A stretch of 56,792 bases of DNA, from IMG/VR virus record IMGVR_UViG_3300036906_000230, positions 1 through 56,792 of that record; one strand, given 5' to 3'. Origin of the DNA: a virus (taxonomy: Duplodnaviria > Caudoviricetes). Within the stretch, counting starts at the first letter, position 1. Each line of letters opens with the position of its first letter. Below the pieces are notes generated by a model that was not told where the DNA came from, did no database searches, and saw only the letters and a program-made list of their open reading frames with translations. The translations under genes and the position numbers were made by a program. Of the stretch, positions 47,690-54,900 are shown piece by piece.

Positions 47690-47761
47690 CGCTCGATGTT
47701 TTTGGTTCCCTCAATCTGCTTGGCTCGCTCAAGGAGCATGGCGCTCCCGATGTCGATGGCT
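47690..47761 (-). ncRNA. TIGR-like mini-array A2 (2 units)
   Basis: Minus strand: (TA)AGCCA tcgacatc GGGAGCGCCA tgctcctt GAGCGAGCCA agcagatt GAGGGAACCA aaaacatc GAGCG. Confidence 0.8.
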
Positions 47762-49317
47762 TACGAAGCCTTTCGCTGTGGCCCATAGTGCGGGTTCGGG
47801 CCCGTGTGTTTGATGGCTCGCGAATCCTGGGTTTTGGAATTCAATGCGGCATCCGGGTCTACGCCGCGCGACTCGGCAACCTCCGCGTACGGCTGGCCGG
47901 TCGATTCAAGCACCGCCGCCGCGCCAGCCAGATTGACCAACCGCCGCACAATCACATCGCAGTAGGACGGCGAGATTTCACATCCATAGCCGACGCGGTC
48001 CAATAATTCCGCGGCAGCCATCGTGGTTCCGGAACCGAGGAATGGATCGTGGATCACGTCGCCAGCGTCGGAAAACGCGAGCACGAAGAACTCAACCAGC
48101 GCCCGCGGAAACGGAGCGGAGTGTGATCCCTGGCTGCTCTCCGACTTCACTTCGATCACGTTGCTGGGACGCGCCAGCCCCGTGTGACGGCCCTCCGAAT
48201 CGCTCGACAGACTCGACCGTGTTCGGCACCACGCTCCCTGATTCTTCCCGCCATCGGCGGCCGCGCCGCGGACTCCGGTACCCAGTAGCCCGCTTCCGGA
48301 CCGTGACTTCGGGTTGTTAGGCGAGTACTCAAAGCAGTCATCCGATTCGTGGCCCACCGCCTGGGGCCGGAACTTGATCCGCTGCTGGCGGCAGAAATGG
48401 TAAATCGGCTCGAAAGCATTCTTGAAACGGTTCCCCCAGCCGCCAGGCACGCCGTTGTCGGTCTTGCGCCAGCAAAACTCGTCTACGAAACGCCAGCCCC
48501 ACTGACGCCGATGCGCCAGCACCAGATCCATCACGTACAGATTCCGCTCGCCCTCGTCGGCGTGCGCTTTGATATTCAGGAAGTAGGAGCCGTCCGGTGC
48601 AAGGACCGACTCCACGCCGCCGGCCACCTCGCGGAACCACTCCACGTACTCCTCTGGCGGAACCGGCTTAAACCCGCTCGCCAGATCGTATTCGCGCTGC
48701 GTGGCGTAGGGCGGCGATGTGATGCAGACACTCGCGCGCGCACCGGACGGGAATAGCGTGGCGAGAACATTCCGGTCCCTGCAATCGCCGCACACCAGCC
48801 GGTGCTTTCCGATCAACCACGCGTCGCCAGGCCGGGTGACCGGCTCGGTGGGCGGCTCGGGAACGTCTTCCTCTGCGTCGTCCGGTACTTCCGGTTCGAC
48901 CAGCAGGCTTTCCAATTCTTCGTCGGAGAAGCCCACCACCGCGAGGTCAAGTCCCTCGCCCTCGAGTTCGCGCAACTCCGCGGCCAGCACCTTTTCGTCC
49001 CAGCCGGCATTAAGCGCCAGCTTGTTGTCCGCGATGATGTAGGCCCGCCGTTGAGTCTCGGAGAGATGATCCAGCACCACTACTGGGCATTCCGCGAGAC
49101 CCAACTTACGCGCCGCCAGGAGGCGGCCGTGGCCGGCCACGATCCCGGCGTCGGAGGCCACCAGGATCGGAGCATTAAAACCGAACTCGACAATCGAAGC
49201 CGCGATCTGCGCGATTTGCTCTGGAGAATGCGTCCGCGCGTTGCGCGCGTAGGGTACGAGGCGATCAAGTGGCCATAGTTCGATTCGGCGGGCCATCGAG
49301 AGAGTCGAAGCGCTCAT
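47761..49317 (-). CDS. ParB-N-terminal + N4/N6 DNA methyltransferase (SPPY)
   Basis: RNARTHS, IVAGHGR, ITSPPY, HSAPFP, DPFLGSG motifs; start at 49317 or 49296 (the longer ORF-track extension runs through the array). Confidence 0.9.
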   Translation of the reverse strand: MSASTLSMARRIELWPLDRLVPYARNARTHSPEQIAQIAASIVEFGFNAPILVASDAGIVAGHGRLLAARKLGLAECPVVVLDHLSETQRRAYIIADNKLALNAGWDEKVLAAELRELEGEGLDLAVVGFSDEELESLLVEPEVPDDAEEDVPEPPTEPVTRPGDAWLIGKHRLVCGDCRDRNVLATLFPSGARASVCITSPPYATQREYDLASGFKPVPPEEYVEWFREVAGGVESVLAPDGSYFLNIKAHADEGERNLYVMDLVLAHRRQWGWRFVDEFCWRKTDNGVPGGWGNRFKNAFEPIYHFCRQQRIKFRPQAVGHESDDCFEYSPNNPKSRSGSGLLGTGVRGAAADGGKNQGAWCRTRSSLSSDSEGRHTGLARPSNVIEVKSESSQGSHSAPFPRALVEFFVLAFSDAGDVIHDPFLGSGTTMAAAELLDRVGYGCEISPSYCDVIVRRLVNLAGAAAVLESTGQPYAEVAESRGVDPDAALNSKTQDSRAIKHTGPNPHYGPQRKAS

Positions 49318-49420
49318 CAATACTGGTTCACTCATCTGGCCTGGCTCGCTCTCAAAACTTGGCGCTCTCAAAGGAGATGGCTCGCTCCATTCCCCGGGTG
49401 CTCTCAACGGACGTGGCTGC
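49310..49420 (-). ncRNA. TIGR-like mini-array A3 (3 units)
   Basis: Minus strand: GCAGCCA cgtccgtt GAGAGCACCC ggggaatg GAGCGAGCCA tctccttt GAGAGCGCCA agttttga GAGCGAGCCA ggccagat GAGTGAACCA gtattgat GAGCGC. Confidence 0.85.
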
Positions 49421-49529
49421 ACATCGCGTCGCCCTTTGCGCCCCCGTTGGCCCACGTTGCGCCTGGTGGCGGCAGATTGGCCCGTTGTACCAGCCGTTCC
49501 TGGCGGCGCGAACAGGGCGCGCCGGTGGC

Positions 49530-49620
49530 CGACCGGTGACCGGGAATTTTTCGGCGTGGCGCAAGTGAAACGCGGCTATTCTTCAACGCGCCGCCGCCGC
49601 GCGCCGGGAAGTACCTATCG
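49530..49620 (-). other. Putative cos/packaging initiation region
   Basis: AGGTACTTCC (resembles lambda cosQ GGGTCCT) followed by GC-rich GGCGGCGGCG; non-coding, upstream of the MTase-terminase block. Confidence 0.45.
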
Positions 49621-49631
49621 AAGCATTAAGC

Positions 49632-49667
49632 CGCTCATGCCCCATGGTTCTCTCGGACGGCATGGCT
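49632..49667 (-). ncRNA. TIGR-like single unit A4
   Basis: Minus strand: (TG)AGCCA tgccgtcc GAGAGAACCA tggggcat GAGCG; exact 18-nt spacing. Confidence 0.75.
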
Positions 49668-50098
49668 CAATACGCGAAGTCGGCCAGCACCAGATCGCTG
49701 GCATCCCATGCATAGCCCGCGACGGGGCTGATCTTCATCGCGGTGGCGTCGTAGGTGTAGTCATCGCCCGCCGATTGACGAACGCCGTTCCGATATACCC
49801 TCAACGAAGCGGCAGTTGCTGCTTGCGACAAGAGGTATGTGCCATCGGCCTGGCGCGCGGGCTTCGACCCAACCACCACGTTGGGCGTTGCCGCCTGGAT
49901 TGTATAGCCGCTGCCGTTGGCGACGAGCGTGACGCCAGCGCCAACGCTCGCCACGACGACTTGGCCGGCTGGCGTCACCACCAGCACGCCGCCGTTCGCG
50001 AGCGCGGGTGCAAGCAGCATCCCGATGCGGACGGTGGTGGGCCCGGCCCACAACACCACCGCCATCAGCACGACTCCGATAATCGCTTTACGCAGCAT
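49667..50098 (-). CDS. Hypothetical exported/membrane protein
   Basis: N-terminal signal/TM segment; LRVYRNGVRQSAGDDYT beta motif. Confidence 0.65.
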   Translation of the reverse strand: MLRKAIIGVVLMAVVLWAGPTTVRIGMLLAPALANGGVLVVTPAGQVVVASVGAGVTLVANGSGYTIQAATPNVVVGSKPARQADGTYLLSQAATAASLRVYRNGVRQSAGDDYTYDATAMKISPVAGYAWDASDLVLADFAY

Positions 50099-50255
50099 GA
50101 GCCTTCTCCTCGGTCACCAGTTCATCGACGTCGCCAAACGATCCGCATTCGTCGCACTCGTACCGTTCACCCATATCGTGGTAGCCCGTCTCCGGGCATC
50201 GTCCGAAGTCGAACGGCGTAACCCGCGCATTGTCGCTTCCACATTCCGGGCACAT
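50088..50255 (-). CDS. Small zinc-ribbon protein (55 aa, MCPECG...YECDECG), not in the ORF track
   Basis: Two CxxC motifs; coupled to its neighbours. Confidence 0.6.
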   Translation of the reverse strand: MCPECGSDNARVTPFDFGRCPETGYHDMGERYECDECGSFGDVDELVTEEKAHAA

Positions 50256-50258
50256 GGT

Positions 50259-50594
50259 TCACACCAGGCAGTCGAGCACGACCGCCATGAAGACGGGTCG
50301 CAGCGCTGCGGGCGCCAGCGTTGAGTCGGAGCTGCCGCCCTGCAACGGCCGGAGCCTCCAGCACTCATGCCCGTCGTCGAGCTTCTGCTCAAAGGAATAG
50401 CCTTGCCCCTGGTAATCGCGAACCGTGGTGGGACGGCGCGGATCGCAGGCACGGCGGCGCAGGACGACGCGATTGATCGTGCCCTTCTTGTGGCGCACGA
50501 CCTTGGCGATGCCGTCGCGTTCCAAACGAAGCGCGTGCCGCCGGCCGATAAAATCAATCAGAGCGAAATCGAAGGTATAGAGCGGGATGGACAT
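50259..50594 (-). CDS. Hypothetical phage protein
   Basis: First ORF downstream of the 50733-50762 promoter. Confidence 0.6.
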   Translation of the reverse strand: MSIPLYTFDFALIDFIGRRHALRLERDGIAKVVRHKKGTINRVVLRRRACDPRRPTTVRDYQGQGYSFEQKLDDGHECWRLRPLQGGSSDSTLAPAALRPVFMAVVLDCLV

Positions 50595-50730
50595 AGGACA
50601 CCATCGGCTCGCTCGTTTCCGCTGTGGATTGGATCTCTCGTGGGCGTCTGGCTATGAGACACGTGCCCTGAAGCGGTGCGGGAAGGAGTGTTTGAATCGT
50701 GGTGTCCCGGCACCACGCGTTTAACTGTGG

Positions 50731-50762
50731 CGATTATGGCAAAACGACATAATCGTAGTCAA
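50731..50762 (-). promoter_or_regulatory. Putative sigma70 promoter with overlapping palindromic operator
   Basis: TTGACT-18 nt-CATAAT; inverted repeat CGATTATG-N9-CATAATCG (50731-50755). Confidence 0.65.
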
Positions 50763-50823
50763 ACGTTTTATTTGGATTGTTTTCAATGAGTAAAGCTACC
50801 TTCGGAGTGAACGGTTTTGCGAC

Positions 50824-51066
50824 TTATTGAATCGGGCCCCTGGAATCGAGTTCTTCCAGATCGATGTCGGGACTTTCCGCCGCCCCCGCTTGCGACTGCT
50901 CGATTGCCATGCGCGCGAGCGCCATCCACAGCTCACCCGGGTGCTTGCCCTTCAGCTTCCGGTACATCGTGGCGAATGCCGTGCCGGTATGAACACTGGT
51001 GTAGGAGGCGGCGAAGCGCCTGGCAATCTCTTCCACGTACGGCTGCAATTTGGGATCTGACAACAC
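50824..51066 (-). CDS. Hypothetical protein
   Basis: 80-aa ORF with plausible composition; start uncertain. Confidence 0.45.
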   Translation of the reverse strand: MLSDPKLQPYVEEIARRFAASYTSVHTGTAFATMYRKLKGKHPGELWMALARMAIEQSQAGAAESPDIDLEELDSRGPIQ

Positions 51067-51117
51067 GATGGCACCCGTAGTGTATCAGCGTACGCGCCAC
51101 ACGCGCGGACGCTGGTA

Positions 51118-51505
51118 GCCATGGGGATCATGGAGACGTATATAAGGGAGGGCCCGTTTTTTGTCTCCTCCTCGTCCTCGATCCGAAAACGGTGACACTA
51201 TCCTCCCATCCATACCACAGGTACCAAATCCTGAGTATGCAGGAGCATACGGCGGTAACCGTCAGATCCACACGGTTACCACGTCTACCAGTGGACATCG
51301 AAACACCCCTTCTGAACACGGTGCGGCGTTGGTCCCAGTGCCGAGTATGGGCACACCACTCGCACACCGCTTCACACCGTGGCATTCCACGTGCTTTTCA
51401 CGCACGCGCGCGGTCGAAACCGCCTTTTGAAATTCCTCTCCTTCAGCACGGGGAGGAGACAAAAAACGAGCACTCCCTTATATACGTCCCCATGATTCCC
51501 ACGGC
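51118..51505. repeat. 58-bp imperfect inverted repeats (51118-51175 / 51448-51505) enclosing about 270 bp of non-coding DNA
   Basis: Arms match at 52/58 positions; core GACGTATATAAGGGAG...CGTTTTTTGTCTCCTCC. Confidence 0.9.
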
Positions 51506-51571
51506 CCCGGCGCATGTGAACTTCACCAGCCGTCACGGCTCGCTCGCAGATGACGTCCCGGCGTGGACAAC

Positions 51572-52564
51572 TCACACGGAGGATTCATGTGGCTGGCCAT
51601 TGCGGCGCGCGATTGGCGCCCGGAAGATCGCTGCCAAGTCCGTGTGGCCGTGTTTTACCGCGATCTTCGCGAGCGCCATCCGGTGGCTGGGCGACGGCCC
51701 GTCGATGCCATGTTCCCATTTCGAGATCATCGTGCCCTGCCAACTGACCGACCCGCCTGAACCCTTCCTGCCCAGGCTCTTGTCGAGAGCCGCCGATAGT
51801 TCTTCCTGGGTCCACCCAATCCTCTGGCGCAGTGCGCGCACAGCCTCGCTCATCGCCTGCTGCCGAACCTGCGCGGCGATTCGCTGCCTTGCCGCCGGTA
51901 TGCTCTCCACTCCCTTCGATTCCAGGTATCGCACCAACTCGGCGGCGACGGCTCCCTCGATGTGAGACCGCCCGCTCCAGGCCGGCGAACCCAGGTAGGA
52001 GTTGTCGTTCGGCCGCGCTTCGTACACCGTCTGGCAGTCGTTGATTTCCGCGGCGAACGGTTCCTCTCCCCGCCAGAACGCTTCTGGAACTTGCGCGAGC
52101 AGGAGCATTGCCGGCATGACGATGCCGTGCTGCGGGCGGTTGGCCTGGTCGATGGTGGCGTCGATCAGGTGGCTCCCGGAGCGCAGCACGAGGTGTCCCG
52201 GCCATTTCTGCTTCCCGTGATTGATGCCATAGCCGATGCCCACCGACCACACGCCCGGTTCCGATGTCCACGATTGCAATTCCTCCGGAGTTACCGGCAT
52301 GCGGCCCTCCCGATGGGCGCGCTCCACGAAGCCGGGAGAGTAAATGCGGGCCCGGACGGAGACGGCGTCGGCCAGAATGCCGGCCGCCCGGTATACGTCG
52401 AAGAGCACCCGGGTGGAGTTGATGCACGAATCCTCGCGAAACCGCCGCCGGAGCGCCGCCTTCGCCACGCCGCGTTCGGAGAGGAGGTCGAAGACCTGCG
52501 ATGCCAGATCAGCCACGGCTGCCTCGCAGGTCGTCTTTGGGTGTTCGTGCCATGCCCGTCTCAA
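51572..52564 (-). CDS. Transglutaminase/papain-like domain fused to a C-terminal XRE HTH
   Basis: DSCI...GHLV...LIDATIDQ putative Cys-His-Asp triad; VRALRQRIGWTQEELS...ISKWEHG..PS HTH; start uncertain. Confidence 0.6.
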   Translation of the reverse strand: MRRAWHEHPKTTCEAAVADLASQVFDLLSERGVAKAALRRRFREDSCINSTRVLFDVYRAAGILADAVSVRARIYSPGFVERAHREGRMPVTPEELQSWTSEPGVWSVGIGYGINHGKQKWPGHLVLRSGSHLIDATIDQANRPQHGIVMPAMLLLAQVPEAFWRGEEPFAAEINDCQTVYEARPNDNSYLGSPAWSGRSHIEGAVAAELVRYLESKGVESIPAARQRIAAQVRQQAMSEAVRALRQRIGWTQEELSAALDKSLGRKGSGGSVSWQGTMISKWEHGIDGPSPSHRMALAKIAVKHGHTDLAAIFRAPIARRNGQPHESSV

Positions 52565-52752
52565 CTGCCAATGGATGCACCAAATACGCTGGTGTCAGCT
52601 TTTCGGTGCGGGGCGGTTCGAGTGGGGAGAACCTCTGGAACCGGAACCGCCCCTCCTCAGCCGAGTCTGCGGCCTGACCGCGTGCCGCCACAAGGGTCTT
52701 ACAGTCGGGCGACGGTGAGATCCAGCGTCTCCTCCCGCAGCAATCGTGTCAG

Positions 52753-53598
52753 GTGATGTCAGATAATGGAAAGAGAGGGTCTTCTATGAACTTCGACCCG
52801 AACGAGCATGCGGAATTTCTAGGTCAGGTGCGGCGAATCCAGGCGAGCAAGCGGTTTGCCAACGCGCCCAAGGCCAAAACTCTTCTCAACTACATCGTGG
52901 AAAAGGCGCTGGAGGGTCTCGAAGGCGACCTGAAGGAGACCTCGATCGCGCAGGCGCTGTACGGCAAGGGGCCGAACTTCGATCCAGGGAACGACCGGAT
53001 CGTGAGCCAGGCCGCCGGTGACCTGCGGAAGAAGCTGAGCGAATACTATGCCGACGAGGGGCAGCGCGACCCCTGTGTGATCGCGATCCCCATAGGGAGT
53101 TTCGTTCCTGAGTTCAGGACTCGATCCAAGTCGGCGCCACCCGCCGCACTCCCGACTCCATCACCCGACGCAAGGAAGGTCGGCGCGAAACGGCGCTGGG
53201 TTTTGAAGACGTCGGTGGCTGCAGCGGCGGCGGCGATGATCCTGATTGGCGTGCTGTTTGCGCAGCACGCGGCCTCCAAGGTGCGAATCACGAGTCCCGA
53301 AAACGGGGCCACGGTCGGGCCGGTCGGGGACATCACCGGCAAAGGCTGGGAACCGAAGCTAAACAACTACCTGATCGTGGAGCCGGTCGACCAGTCCGGC
53401 CAGCGGTGGGTCCAGGCTCAGATCGCCTCGGCCGAGTGGACGCGGAGCGTGCACTTCGGGCAGGGCGACACGCCTTCGGGGATGCACTACCGGATCTATG
53501 TCATATCCACATCGACGGTGCTGCCGGTAGGTGAGCTCACCAAGCAGCCGGAGAACCCGCAGGAATCACCGGCGATCACCGTCACGCTGCGGAAGTAA
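52753..53598 (+). CDS. Membrane-anchored protein with N-terminal wHTH-like domain and extracytoplasmic beta domain
   Basis: LLNYIVEKAL..LKETSIA...FDP..DRIV...LRKKLSEYY...IPIGSFVPEF; TM helix AAMILIGVLFA. Confidence 0.7.
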   Translation: MMSDNGKRGSSMNFDPNEHAEFLGQVRRIQASKRFANAPKAKTLLNYIVEKALEGLEGDLKETSIAQALYGKGPNFDPGNDRIVSQAAGDLRKKLSEYYADEGQRDPCVIAIPIGSFVPEFRTRSKSAPPAALPTPSPDARKVGAKRRWVLKTSVAAAAAAMILIGVLFAQHAASKVRITSPENGATVGPVGDITGKGWEPKLNNYLIVEPVDQSGQRWVQAQIASAEWTRSVHFGQGDTPSGMHYRIYVISTSTVLPVGELTKQPENPQESPAITVTLRK

Positions 53599-53673
53599 CG
53601 GCTTTCAAATATTTGCGTCCTGGCGAGTCCGTCTTGCTGTTCAAACATAATCGGTTGCGAGAGAATTGGGCTG

Positions 53674-54486
53674 ATGCCCAGTAAACCGAACGAGACTCAG
53701 CTTCGGATGGTTGAACTCCTGAAGCAGTGCCCAGATGGGATGACGTGCGGCCAGCTTCGTCGCGAACTCGAGAGAGAGGGGCTCCAATCGGACGAGCAGA
53801 CCCACTTGGATCGCCGCTACCGGGATCTTCCGAAGTGGTACAGAATTGAAAAGAGCAGGGTCAAAGAAGTTGTTGGCGGCAAGACAGTTTCGGTGGTCAA
53901 ATACGCGTATCGTGGTGAACGGGGAACGATTACAGATCAAGGCCAGGTAAGCCAAAAGTTGAGAGCCGAAGTGATTCATGCGGCTCATGGCAGGTGCCAG
54001 ATGTGCGGCCGAACCGTGCAAACGCACGGCATCAGCTTGGTTGTAGATCACAAGAAGCCAAGAGATTGGGGCGGGACCAATGACCGCGAGAATCTCTGGG
54101 CCATCTGCGAAGAGTGCAATGGCGGCAAGAAGGCATACTTCTCTTCACTGAACGTGGACGCGGAGTTCATGAAGAAGGTCACTTCACACGAGAGCGTCCA
54201 CGTTCGAATCGGCGAAACTCTCAAGGCCGTCGGGATAGGGAAGCGCACCCCGCCTGAGATTCTGGACATCGTAGCCGATCAGGAGGACTGGCACAAGCGC
54301 CTTCGAGAACTTCGCTATCCGGTGATCGGATGGGAGATCGACACAGTTCCCTACAAGACCCCGTCTGGCAGGAAGAAGGTTGACTACGTGCTGAAGAAGT
54401 ACAAGCCGTGGCCCACTGATCCGACCGCGAAGATCAGACAGTTCGAGCAGGAGCGGCAGCGCCGGAACGCGGGCGAACAAGATTAG
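53674..54486 (+). CDS. HNH endonuclease (putative restriction component)
   Basis: CQMCG, VVDHKKPRDWGGTNDRENLWAICEECN. Confidence 0.85.
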   Translation: MPSKPNETQLRMVELLKQCPDGMTCGQLRRELEREGLQSDEQTHLDRRYRDLPKWYRIEKSRVKEVVGGKTVSVVKYAYRGERGTITDQGQVSQKLRAEVIHAAHGRCQMCGRTVQTHGISLVVDHKKPRDWGGTNDRENLWAICEECNGGKKAYFSSLNVDAEFMKKVTSHESVHVRIGETLKAVGIGKRTPPEILDIVADQEDWHKRLRELRYPVIGWEIDTVPYKTPSGRKKVDYVLKKYKPWPTDPTAKIRQFEQERQRRNAGEQD

Positions 54487-54890
54487 TAGCCCAAGAATCG
54501 CTGGAGTTTCTTGGCGAGCCGTTTATCCTTGGTGACTTCACATTCCCAAAGGACCAGCACCTGAAAGCCGAGGTCCCGGAGCTTCTGGAGATTGTCGATG
54601 TCTCGCTGTTGGTTTCTCTGCAATTTGGGGCACCAATAGTCCCTCCTGGATTTCGGAACGTGCGAGTCGATGCAACTACCATGCTGGTGCCAGAAACATC
54701 CCCGCACCTCAATGATTTTCTTGAGCCGTGGGAACACCAGGTCAGGCTTGCCCGGAAGCTGAGGGGCGTGGAGCCGATAGCGATAGCCCATGCCATGAGC
54801 CATTTGGCGCACCACCATCTCCGGCTTCATGCCCTTGCTCTTGATGCGGCGCATGTTTTCGCTGCGCCGATCCGCAGAGATGGTATCCAC
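54483..54890 (-). CDS. vsr: Very short patch repair endonuclease
   Basis: RSENMRRI, KPE, LPGKPDLVF, GCFWHQH, VLWEC motifs; GTG start at 54890. Confidence 0.95.
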   Translation of the reverse strand: MDTISADRRSENMRRIKSKGMKPEMVVRQMAHGMGYRYRLHAPQLPGKPDLVFPRLKKIIEVRGCFWHQHGSCIDSHVPKSRRDYWCPKLQRNQQRDIDNLQKLRDLGFQVLVLWECEVTKDKRLAKKLQRFLGY

Positions 54891-54900
54891 AGTTAGGATT

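Larger units (their letters stand above)
791..52564 (-). mobile_element. Temperate siphovirus-like prophage (lambda-type head, non-contractile tail); boundaries approximate
   Basis: Integrase, replication, lysis, tail, head and packaging modules are all present and co-oriented; att sites were not found. Confidence 0.9.

Noticed and set aside
49318-49455. N-terminal extension of the SPPY MTase with SEP/RAP repeats
   Set aside because: An artefact of translating guide array A3
51536-51595. Possible further TIGR unit (AGCCA...GAGTTGTCCA...GAGCGAGCCG)
   Set aside because: Spacings of 26 and 28 nt break the 18-nt period and it overlaps a gene end; probably chance or heavily decayed
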